Source: a virus (Duplodnaviria; Caudoviricetes). From it: a DNA stretch of 35,294 nt. This document shows, piece after piece, positions 6,725 to 14,788 of this stretch (position 1 is the stretch's first letter; each line of letters begins with the position of its first letter). Made by a program: the position numbers and the translations under genes. Location of the stretch: positions 1 through 35,294 of IMG/VR virus record IMGVR_UViG_3300025470_000005; one strand, written 5' to 3'. The notes below the pieces were generated by a model. It saw nothing but the letters and a program-made list of their open reading frames with translations, was not told where the DNA came from and did not search any database.

Positions 6725-7240
6725 ATGGCAACATACATTCACAACGCAACTGATCCTTGGACTTGGCGCACAGCAGGTCACGAGGATGTGCCAGACATAT
6801 TGGATCTGGTGGCACTAAACTATCAAAATGAAATTACTGGCATACTTACTGCTGACAGACCACGCATGGCCATGCACCTACACAAGGCCATACTGAATCA
6901 AATATTTGAACCACACAGCAACCTTGTCAGCGTGTGCAGAAACAATGCCACAAACGAACTGTTGGCATGGGGTTGGTTGGAACGTGGCAAGTACACTGTC
7001 TATGCTCCAGAAGAAATGAGCTGTGCTGAATTTTTACATTTGGATCTAGGCCTCAGCGCCCGCAACAAGATCACATTGGTGGCACAGATGTTAAACATTT
7101 GGCAAGATTGGACACGCCAAATGAACATACCAGTTATGGTTAGTACCAGCATACGCACAGAGCAAGGTGCCTTCATGCGCCTACATGAGAAACTGGGCTT
7201 TACACTACGTGGCAGTTTTGCCTATAAGAGAATCATATGA
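6725..7240 (+). CDS. GNAT-fold acetyltransferase-like protein
   Basis: N-terminal WRTA..EDVPDI and C-terminal RLHEKLGF motif B. Motif A is degenerate. Confidence 0.65.
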   Translation: MATYIHNATDPWTWRTAGHEDVPDILDLVALNYQNEITGILTADRPRMAMHLHKAILNQIFEPHSNLVSVCRNNATNELLAWGWLERGKYTVYAPEEMSCAEFLHLDLGLSARNKITLVAQMLNIWQDWTRQMNIPVMVSTSIRTEQGAFMRLHEKLGFTLRGSFAYKRII

Positions 7241-7563
7241 TGGGCGGCACATTACCAGGACAAGCGGCAGCGCAAATTCCTGCGCTAACATCACAACAGA
7301 TAGCCAGCATGTATAATAATTACAATGGACAGCAAGCGCAACTGGCCGCACAACAAGCCAACACTGCTTATTATAGTCAATTGAGTCAGCAGAATGCCGC
7401 GGCTCAACATGCAGCTTGGATGAATGTGCAAGCCACCGCTGAACGTATGAAAAAGCGTTGGATGTTTGATGGTGAAGCAATGGATCTCGTAACTTTTGCT
7501 AATACGGTGTTTGGAGAAGACACACCTGAAGCAACACATTTTGTATTAAAACACAGCAAATGA
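7237..7563 (+). CDS. Gln/Ala/Asn-rich hypothetical protein
   Basis: Overlaps the GNAT stop; low-complexity N-terminal half and a small C-terminal domain. Confidence 0.65.
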   Translation: MMGGTLPGQAAAQIPALTSQQIASMYNNYNGQQAQLAAQQANTAYYSQLSQQNAAAQHAAWMNVQATAERMKKRWMFDGEAMDLVTFANTVFGEDTPEATHFVLKHSK

Positions 7564-7574
7564 AAGGCAATACA

Positions 7575-7847
7575 ATGATAGAAGCAACAAACAAAAATTA
7601 CATTATCAAGTCACTGGGCTTGGAAAAAGAAGAAACCACCAGCAGTGGTCTTATTATCAAAGCACAAGGCGAAACTGAACTGGCAGAGATTCTCAGTGTT
7701 GGACCAGACATAGAGAATCCACTTGCTGTTGGCACTAAGGTTGCGGTGATATGGCAAAATGCTATTCCCATCGTTCTAAACAAAGAACGCAGTTATGTTA
7801 TCAACAAAGAAAACATCATAGGAGTTGTCAATGATGCCAGCAATTGA
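7575..7847 (+). CDS. groES: Co-chaperonin GroES (Cpn10) homologue
   Basis: Mobile loop EEtTSSGLII, AEILSVGP, LAVGTKV and terminal ENIIGVV. Start moved to the MIEAT Met, which has SD AAAGG. Confidence 0.85.
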   Translation: MIEATNKNYIIKSLGLEKEETTSSGLIIKAQGETELAEILSVGPDIENPLAVGTKVAVIWQNAIPIVLNKERSYVINKENIIGVVNDASN

Positions 7848-8001
7848 TGTTTTCAGTGTGCGTATTGTTGAAGATGCTGACTATCCAGACAAAGTTGAAA
7901 TCCACATGTTGGATGAACTAGGTGAGATAGTTGAAGGTGGTCAGTTTGACAAAGCGGCTTTTATGCAAAGCGTTTTGGAATTTTACAACAAGAATTATTA
8001 A
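7831..8001 (+). CDS. Hypothetical acidic protein, 56 aa (not in ORF track)
   Basis: MMPAIDVFSVRIVEDADYPDKVEIHMLDE...; SD AGGAG; its stop overlaps the convergent gene's stop. Confidence 0.65.
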   Translation: MMPAIDVFSVRIVEDADYPDKVEIHMLDELGEIVEGGQFDKAAFMQSVLEFYNKNY

Positions 8002-8171
8002 CTGTCGTACTCAGGATAATGAGCAGGTTGGAGTAGGATGGTTTTTATATCAAGCATGAGCAGTTCAAGACGAACCATCCTGCTATCCAAGGTATCAAGA
8101 CGTGTAATAACGCCTTGGTACCTTTTTTCACATTCGTCTAGATGTTGTTCTAGTGTGACTGTGTCATTCAC
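7998..8171 (-). CDS. Small coiled-coil protein, 57 aa (not in ORF track)
   Basis: GTG start; LEQHLDECEKRYQGVITRLDTLDSRMVRLE; last gene of the late operon. Confidence 0.55.
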   Translation of the reverse strand: MNDTVTLEQHLDECEKRYQGVITRLDTLDSRMVRLELLMLDIKTILLQPAHYPEYDS

Positions 8172-8646
8172 TACGGCGTCCTCTGTTGGTGTGACGTCCT
8201 GGAATTTCTAGTGTGGCTTCAATCTTCCAGCAGAAGGTAGCAATCTTTTGTATGTGGTCAGCTGCCATGTTGCACACATCAGGATAATTGGCATCTTTGC
8301 CTGCTTCATCCATTTCATGATACAGATCAATCATGACATATAAATTGTCTAGCGTGTCGTGCAACAAATCATCAGCATCCATTTTGGGCATGGTGTCTTT
8401 GATATCGCTGGTGAGCAAAATCATTTCAATGGTTTCTGGCACACGACCAACACCGCAAGCCTGTATCTCTTCACCCAACACATCCACATTGTCTTCAAGA
8501 TATTGATAGATATGCTTGAGCAATTTATGATCACTCATAAAATTGCGTCCACGAATGTTCATGTGGCTGGCGTGGGCACGTTGATATGCAACAAAGTTGG
8601 TTGCGTACACACGTTCTAATACTTCATATAGTTTGGTTAGTTCCAT
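8164..8646 (-). CDS. dps: Dps / ferritin-like protein
   Basis: HASHMNIRGRNFMSDHKLL...Y....DVLGEEI matches the Dps signature (H, H, D, E ligands). Arg-rich C-terminal tail. Confidence 0.8.
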   Translation of the reverse strand: MELTKLYEVLERVYATNFVAYQRAHASHMNIRGRNFMSDHKLLKHIYQYLEDNVDVLGEEIQACGVGRVPETIEMILLTSDIKDTMPKMDADDLLHDTLDNLYVMIDLYHEMDEAGKDANYPDVCNMAADHIQKIATFCWKIEATLEIPGRHTNRGRRSE

Positions 8647-9735
8647 TTATTTTCCTTGCCTTGCTGGTGCGTATAGTGTGCTAAGTGCTGCCATGCGTTG
8701 TATAAAGTTTTGCGGAGTTGGAGGTTGTGCTGCCGCTTGACGCACAGGCGCCTTAGCAATGTTATTTAACGCTGCTCTACCACCAAAGGCTGCAATATCT
8801 CTTTCATTGCCGCTTGCCAAAATGTTTTGTGCTTGGTCAGGTGGAATGTTTTGATTGAAGGTAGGACCATAAGGCACATTCATATTGTGGTATGCGTGTT
8901 GCGCTTGCTGTCCTTGACCTTGTGCTAGACGTTTGCCCAATTCAGCTGCCTGTGCGTATTGTGCGGCATCATAGGCATTCAATGCCAAGCCTGCTGGTCC
9001 CAACACTTTGCCTGCCATACGTGCCACTGGCATAACTGCTCTACCAATTTGTGTACCAACGCCAGGCACGCCACTGATGAATGCCTGTGCTGCATCACGT
9101 GTGGCAGGATTGTTTAGAATCTTTTGTCCTTGAGCACTTGTTAAAACATTCTTAACGCCTTGTGGTCCACTCTTGGCAAATGCTTCCTGTATTGGTTGTA
9201 ACATTTCTGGATGCTCTGCTACAACTGCTCGCTTCAATGGATCATAAAGAGTGTTTAAACTTTTTGCTTGATCAAACTTGCTGGTGTTTTTGGCAGCAAT
9301 GGCAGCAGCATCTTTGGCAGTTTGGTATGTGTCATATGCGCTTTTGGCAGCAGCCACAGGAGGTACACCCATGTGTGCCAATGCCACGTCAGCCACCACG
9401 TTCAATGGATTCTTAACATAGTTCATTGTGGCAGCACCTGCGCCTTTGGCCAATGCTCCTGCTGTGTCTGCAACTGCTTGTCCATTGAAGCCTGTTGGTC
9501 CTGACATCATAAACTGTGGCGCCACTGGACCTTCTGGTTGTGGCGTTGTAGTTGCTTGTGCTTGTTGTGCTTGTTCAGTTTGTCCAGACAGGAACGCATC
9601 AGGATCAAAACCTGATGTATCTGAAGCAGCAGCCTGTTGTGTTGCCACTTCAGGTTGCTTGTCTTCTGTGGTTTTTGTTTTCTCTACTTTGGTTTCTTGG
9701 CCAGCTAAGAAAGCATCTGGATCAAATTCTGCCAT
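8647..9735 (-). CDS. Putative ejection / internal virion protein
   Basis: Ala/Gln-rich and helical, FDPDAFL.GQ repeated twice, hydrophobic Gly-Ala segments; located in the ejection-protein position. Confidence 0.55.
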   Translation of the reverse strand: MAEFDPDAFLAGQETKVEKTKTTEDKQPEVATQQAAASDTSGFDPDAFLSGQTEQAQQAQATTTPQPEGPVAPQFMMSGPTGFNGQAVADTAGALAKGAGAATMNYVKNPLNVVADVALAHMGVPPVAAAKSAYDTYQTAKDAAAIAAKNTSKFDQAKSLNTLYDPLKRAVVAEHPEMLQPIQEAFAKSGPQGVKNVLTSAQGQKILNNPATRDAAQAFISGVPGVGTQIGRAVMPVARMAGKVLGPAGLALNAYDAAQYAQAAELGKRLAQGQGQQAQHAYHNMNVPYGPTFNQNIPPDQAQNILASGNERDIAAFGGRAALNNIAKAPVRQAAAQPPTPQNFIQRMAALSTLYAPARQGK

Positions 9736-12338
9736 TATTGTAGTCCTAAACTTGTCATGATTTGGCGTGCTTTTGGATCATTGGCATGTGTCTTGGCCCA
9801 ATTGTATGCTTGGACTTTGGCATCATCGCTTTGACTACCCAACATGTATTTGGCATCTGGTTCTTGTCCAGATTTAATACGCATACGGTTGGCACCTTTC
9901 TTAACTGTGTCAGTTAAAATTTGTGAGTTGCGTTTGAATTCTTCCTCGCTGATGCCAGGATCATTCAATGCTGCCATAGCACTGGTTGCTGCCTTACCTT
10001 CAGTGTCACTGATTGATCCACCACCACGTAGGCTATTGAATGCGCTCAAGAACTCTTGTCCTTTTAGTTGCTCATACTTGGCTTTCCAACCACGTGCTTG
10101 TGTGCCAGGTAATTGTAGTATGCCAGTAATGCCTGGAACACCAACGTTGGTGCTGAAGCCAGGATGGTTGATAACATCACCAACTGTTTGCAATACTTGG
10201 TCCGCGTTGGCTTGATAGTCAGCAAGACCTTCTTTGCTCTTGGCACGGTTCTCAGCAAGTTTGGCATCTTCTTCAGCTTTGGATTTCTTGTAAGCCTCAT
10301 ACTCTGCCGCTGTGGCAAAATCACTGCGTGGACGCATTGGTGCTTGTTGGTTAGCAGTAGCAGGACTTACTGGATTGGTAATGTTCATACCACCAGTGCT
10401 TGGTGCCGCGCCACCATGCTCAACTTGTTGTTGTGCATCTCTCCAACGTTTTTGTTCTGATGGACTTAGTTGGCTATATGATTTGTTCATAGTAGCATCA
10501 TCAAATCCAGTTAGACGTTTCATGCTGGCTGTGTAAGCGGCAGGATTGTTATCACCATGACCAGCAGGTGCCCATGTGTATGGCACTTGGTTCAATGGCA
10601 TGTTGTTGTATCTATCGCCAGACAATAGATTGTGTTGCGCTGCTTCGCCATGTTCTGGTGTATCAAACACAGCAGTACCATTTGGTGCTACGCCTTGATA
10701 TCCTGGTTGGCTTTGAGCAAAGCGTCCGCTCATGATGTTGCCTGGATTGTTATTGTCGTTACTTGGTCCGCCTGCGTTTTGTCCAGGTGCTACAGGACCT
10801 TGTGGTGCTGCGCCTTGTGGGGTAGCAGCAGTTCCAGGAGCAACTGGCGTAACCATACCAGGAGCTGCGTTGCCAGGCAATGCGCCACCAGTTTGAGTGT
10901 TTGTAAATCCGCCATATGCACCACTTGTACCTTGTGCTGTGCCCAACAGTGATTTTTTGACTGCTGGATCCATTGGTCCATTTTTGGTTTCATCTTCAGC
11001 AATAATTTTGAGTGCTTGCTCCATTGGCACGCCAGCAATCTTGTTGCGTATTCTGTTGAGGTCAATTTGGTTCTTGACATCAATGTCGCTGCCAATACCA
11101 TAAGCATACAGGTTGGCGCTGTCACCAGCAAACACTTTGCCATTGGCGCCAACATAACGTGGTCCCAAAGGTGTTGTTTGCAAGTTGTACAATTCACCAG
11201 TCATACGATCTTTGTATGCTTGTGTATGTGTTTGTGCGCCTTTCATGCCAATGCTGTTGATCAGTTCATTGCCTGTTAGTTCGCCATCGCTGGTATAACC
11301 TTTGACAGGTGCGCCTTGTCCATTGTATTTGATCCAGGCTGGTTTGCCATCAACAAGAGTTTGTTGCCATTGATCACCAGCACCAAGTTTTTGTTGTTCA
11401 TTTTTAGCAAGATCGCTTAGGCCAAGTCTATGAAACAAATAGGCTTTTAGGTAACTGCCTTCTTCGCTTTTGTCACCAAGAGCACGTTGTAGGCCAGCAC
11501 CACCACCTTGAATCATTTCATTGACTTTTTTCTGTGCAGCTTCTGCTTTGCGCTTTTGATCTAGACGTGCAGCAAATTCATCATTGTAGGCTTTCTTGGT
11601 GGCAGCATCAATATTGTCACCACCAGCATAAGCACCCATGCCCAATGCGTTTAAGTTACCGTCATTGACAGGACTATTCAATACCAAATGGTGAATAGCA
11701 TTTTCTTCTGGAGTGTGGTTTGGATTAACATTTGGATCAGATCCAAACGATGCCAATGTGCTGTTCACAGCATCAGGATGCAGTGCTACATTGTTTGATG
11801 TAGGTTGTGGCTGTGTCTCAGGAGTGGCCTGTGGTTGTACAGCACCTTGTGCTGCTTGTGCTGCCTGTGCTGCTTGTGCTGCTTGTGCAACACCAGCACC
11901 TGGTTGATTACTTGCTACTTGTACACCTGGTCCAGCTTGTGGCATTTCTGGTGCTACTGGAGCAGCAGGTGCCTGTGCTTGTGGCGCAGGTTGCCCTTGC
12001 TGTCCACCAGTAATAGCACTCAGTACGTTTTGCTGTGTTTGCTGCATTGGATTTGGTGCAGCCGCAGGAGCCACAGGCATTGGTGGTGCTTGGAAATCGC
12101 TAGGAGTCAGTTGCAAAGCAGCAGGCGTTTGTGGTGTCATTTCAGGGGCATTTTGCGCTGTATTGGCGTCTATTTTCTGCTCATGTGTGACTGTAACACC
12201 GCCATCTGGATCTTGCTGTATCGTAGTAGTCTTAGGGGCTGTATTGCCACGATTTCCAAGATAACTAGACAACATGTCACCAGTGCTGGCTGGATTGCTA
12301 CTGAATGCGTTTGATAGTAAAGAGTCTAAAATTGCCAT
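9735..12338 (-). CDS. Large ejection protein with a lysozyme-like NNPGN domain
   Basis: NNNPGNI...AVFDTPEHG...WAP...NNPAAY segment typical of virion-associated muramidase-like domains; P/Q/A-rich linkers. Confidence 0.65.
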   Translation of the reverse strand: MAILDSLLSNAFSSNPASTGDMLSSYLGNRGNTAPKTTTIQQDPDGGVTVTHEQKIDANTAQNAPEMTPQTPAALQLTPSDFQAPPMPVAPAAAPNPMQQTQQNVLSAITGGQQGQPAPQAQAPAAPVAPEMPQAGPGVQVASNQPGAGVAQAAQAAQAAQAAQGAVQPQATPETQPQPTSNNVALHPDAVNSTLASFGSDPNVNPNHTPEENAIHHLVLNSPVNDGNLNALGMGAYAGGDNIDAATKKAYNDEFAARLDQKRKAEAAQKKVNEMIQGGGAGLQRALGDKSEEGSYLKAYLFHRLGLSDLAKNEQQKLGAGDQWQQTLVDGKPAWIKYNGQGAPVKGYTSDGELTGNELINSIGMKGAQTHTQAYKDRMTGELYNLQTTPLGPRYVGANGKVFAGDSANLYAYGIGSDIDVKNQIDLNRIRNKIAGVPMEQALKIIAEDETKNGPMDPAVKKSLLGTAQGTSGAYGGFTNTQTGGALPGNAAPGMVTPVAPGTAATPQGAAPQGPVAPGQNAGGPSNDNNNPGNIMSGRFAQSQPGYQGVAPNGTAVFDTPEHGEAAQHNLLSGDRYNNMPLNQVPYTWAPAGHGDNNPAAYTASMKRLTGFDDATMNKSYSQLSPSEQKRWRDAQQQVEHGGAAPSTGGMNITNPVSPATANQQAPMRPRSDFATAAEYEAYKKSKAEEDAKLAENRAKSKEGLADYQANADQVLQTVGDVINHPGFSTNVGVPGITGILQLPGTQARGWKAKYEQLKGQEFLSAFNSLRGGGSISDTEGKAATSAMAALNDPGISEEEFKRNSQILTDTVKKGANRMRIKSGQEPDAKYMLGSQSDDAKVQAYNWAKTHANDPKARQIMTSLGLQ

Positions 12339-12347
12339 GTGTGGTCC

Positions 12348-13070
12348 TTAAACTTGGATGCCAGAACTTGTAGATCCTGTGGTGCCTTGCGTACCAACCA
12401 TGCCGCTGAAGTTTGGAGTACCATAACCACCAGCTGCCAATTGATTGTTGAGACCAATATATTGTTGTAGCATGTTCAATGGGATTTGACTTGCAGTAAC
12501 GCCTGCTTGTCCTGCTTGTAATCCCAACTGTCCGCCTTGTAGGCCAGCGCCTGTTAGGCCTTGACCCGCTGCCAATTGTTGTTGTGCAATGTTGTTCAAC
12601 ACGCCAGCTGTGGCCTGTTGTTGTTGTTGCTGTGTTAGTCCAGCAAGTTGTTGGTTTGCCAATGCGCTACGTGCTGAACCAATTTGTCCTGCGCCACCAA
12701 AACCTGCGTTTTGTGCTGTCAAGTTTTGTTGGTATTGTTGTTCTGCAGGGATCATTGCAGCATTGATTTCTGCTTGTTGATAAGCAGGACTTGCAATATT
12801 GCTTAGTGCGTTAATGCCTGTTGAATAGGCTTGTGCGCCACCTTGCCCTGCGTTTTGTTCCAAGCTGTTGGCAGTGCTGGCCAAATTGGTTGCTGCATTG
12901 TTGGCACCTGTTGCGCTTTGATTGTACAAGCTAGGCAATGAACCAGCAGCACCTGACAAATTATTCATTGCTTGTGTTCCCAAACCAGCTTGGTTAGCAA
13001 CATATTGTTTTTGTAGATCGCTAACTACTGGTGCGCTACTGCTTGATCCACTTTGTTTTCCGTAACTCAT
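12348..13070 (-). CDS. Putative DNA-transfer/pilot protein
   Basis: Gln/Gly/Ala-rich; N-terminus MSYGKQSGSSS; GFGGAGQIGSAR motif. Confidence 0.6.
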   Translation of the reverse strand: MSYGKQSGSSSSAPVVSDLQKQYVANQAGLGTQAMNNLSGAAGSLPSLYNQSATGANNAATNLASTANSLEQNAGQGGAQAYSTGINALSNIASPAYQQAEINAAMIPAEQQYQQNLTAQNAGFGGAGQIGSARSALANQQLAGLTQQQQQQATAGVLNNIAQQQLAAGQGLTGAGLQGGQLGLQAGQAGVTASQIPLNMLQQYIGLNNQLAAGGYGTPNFSGMVGTQGTTGSTSSGIQV

Positions 13071-13089
13071 ATTTTTTTATCCTATCAAG

Positions 13090-13096
13090 TATTTAC
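13090..13096 (-). promoter_or_regulatory. Late-promoter core GTAAATA
   Basis: In the 37-nt gap upstream of 12348-13070, followed by an AGGA SD. Confidence 0.6.
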
Positions 13097-13107
13097 TTGT
13101 CTGTATT

Positions 13108-13716
13108 TTAGAAGAAGTCGCTAAGGTCTGAAAAGTCACTTTCCAAACTGCTTGGGTCAAAACTGCTAGTATCAAAACTGCTCATGTCTGGCGCAACAGC
13201 ACCAAAATCAGTTCCTGCGTTACCAAAGTCTCCGCTGGTAAAATCATAATTGCCAGTGTCAGGTGGCATCGTAACATCAAAGCCACCATTGTTCATATCT
13301 AACCCACCTGAATAATCAGCACCGCCACCAAAGCCTGCGCCGCTTATTGTTCCGCCACCTGTGTTAACACTAAATGGACTAGTGCCACCTCCGCCCATGC
13401 CCATCATGTTTTTTGCCATTGATTGCAACTGTGGACTCATGCCACTAAACAATCCACCGCCGCCTGCGGCTGCTGGATGTTGTGCTGGTGTTTGTGGTAC
13501 ACCAAGTGCTTGGCCAATGCCACTGGTCAATGCACCTGACAATGCGCTGGTCACTGGATCGCTAGAAGCAGCATGTTGACTTGATGCCATTGGATTTGCA
13601 CCACTTGCACCACTTGCACTAGACCCTGGATAAGATCCATAATAGTAATAATTGTTTGTTGCTGGACTTGCTCCACCACCTGTTGGGCCTCCAGTGCCTG
13701 CTTTACCAAAACTCAT
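13108..13716 (-). CDS. Gly/Ser-rich low-complexity putative internal virion protein
   Basis: MSFGK start resembles that of 12348-13070; acidic D/F-rich tail. Confidence 0.55.
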   Translation of the reverse strand: MSFGKAGTGGPTGGGASPATNNYYYYGSYPGSSASGASGANPMASSQHAASSDPVTSALSGALTSGIGQALGVPQTPAQHPAAAGGGGLFSGMSPQLQSMAKNMMGMGGGGTSPFSVNTGGGTISGAGFGGGADYSGGLDMNNGGFDVTMPPDTGNYDFTSGDFGNAGTDFGAVAPDMSSFDTSSFDPSSLESDFSDLSDFF

Positions 13717-14309
13717 GATGTTTTTCCTGTACTAGTTGGGGCAACAGGTCCTTGCGGTAATGTAATCTGTTGCGGTGTTATCAGCGAACCTAAACCTGTA
13801 TTGGCTGGCGCTACTGGCGCTACTGGCGTACCCATAACACTACCTGGATTTGGTCCAGGATTTACCAATTGTGTTGGACTTAGATTGCTGCTGGGAAACG
13901 CTACTGGGTTTACTGTTTGTCCGCCACCGCTAGATTTGCCACCAAGCAATTGGCTTAACAATAAACCTGCTCCGCCTGCCAACAGCAATGGTCCTGCATT
14001 GTTTAACAAACTTGAACCTGTACTGCTGGTTCCTTGACCAATACCAAGACTTTTGCCAATGCTGCTTAATACGCCACTACCACTGGATCCATTGCTGCCG
14101 CCAAATAGATTGTCCCACCAGTTGCCACTGCTGCTGGTTCCTGATGCTGGAGTGTTGATACCACCAGTGTAATCGCCACCACTGGTATCGCCCATATTGA
14201 CTGCACCACCACCATTATCAGTAGAAGAAGTATCAGTACTGCTATTGTCTGTGGGAGCCACTGGGTTTCCGCTGTCGTCTATTGGGTTGCCAAATTCATC
14301 GTAATCCAT
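13713..14309 (-). CDS. Gly/Ser-rich putative internal virion protein with one hydrophobic helix
   Basis: GPLLLAGGAGLLLSQLLGG; several PVAP motifs. Confidence 0.55.
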   Translation of the reverse strand: MDYDEFGNPIDDSGNPVAPTDNSSTDTSSTDNGGGAVNMGDTSGGDYTGGINTPASGTSSSGNWWDNLFGGSNGSSGSGVLSSIGKSLGIGQGTSSTGSSLLNNAGPLLLAGGAGLLLSQLLGGKSSGGGQTVNPVAFPSSNLSPTQLVNPGPNPGSVMGTPVAPVAPANTGLGSLITPQQITLPQGPVAPTSTGKTS

Positions 14310-14330
14310 GTTCTTATTCTTTCTTATATG

Positions 14331-14337
14331 TATTTAC
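14331..14337 (-). promoter_or_regulatory. Late-promoter core GTAAATA
   Basis: In the 32-nt gap upstream of 13713-14309. Confidence 0.6.
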
Positions 14338-14341
14338 CCAA

Positions 14342-14785
14342 TTATAACCAAGCGGGTTTGGTAGGCCAGGTTATGTTTGTTGGGAACCCTGATTGTTGGG
14401 GCACGTCTAACAATGCTGTTCTATATGTTCTAAATTCTTGTTGCTGATCAGGACTTAAATTGGTGTACCAGACAGCATTTACTTTGTCTACAGTGTCTTT
14501 TAGCAATTTATTTCTTTGAGCACGCATCAAGGCTGGCACTGCGCTGTTGTCAACTGTCCAAGTTTTAGTGTTCCAATCAAAGCGAACTCTTGTACCTAAA
14601 CTGGTAGCAGGACGAGCTGGCATCTCAACAGGTGCACCATTGCTGATATAATACATGTGAGGATTGATGTCTCCTTCAATGTAGCTTTTATTGGCCAAAT
14701 TGGCTTGTATCATCTCAGCTGTTGATGCTGTTAGACTGCCAGTAATCTGTCCTGTTGTGCTGTCGTAAATTGTATATGTTATCAT
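14342..14785 (-). CDS. Tail fibre assembly chaperone
   Basis: RAQRNKLL...YRTALLDVPQQSGFP..ITWPTKP is the characteristic tail-assembly-chaperone C-terminus; directly follows a fibre gene. Confidence 0.85.
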   Translation of the reverse strand: MITYTIYDSTTGQITGSLTASTAEMIQANLANKSYIEGDINPHMYYISNGAPVEMPARPATSLGTRVRFDWNTKTWTVDNSAVPALMRAQRNKLLKDTVDKVNAVWYTNLSPDQQQEFRTYRTALLDVPQQSGFPTNITWPTKPAWL

Positions 14786-14788
14786 ATG

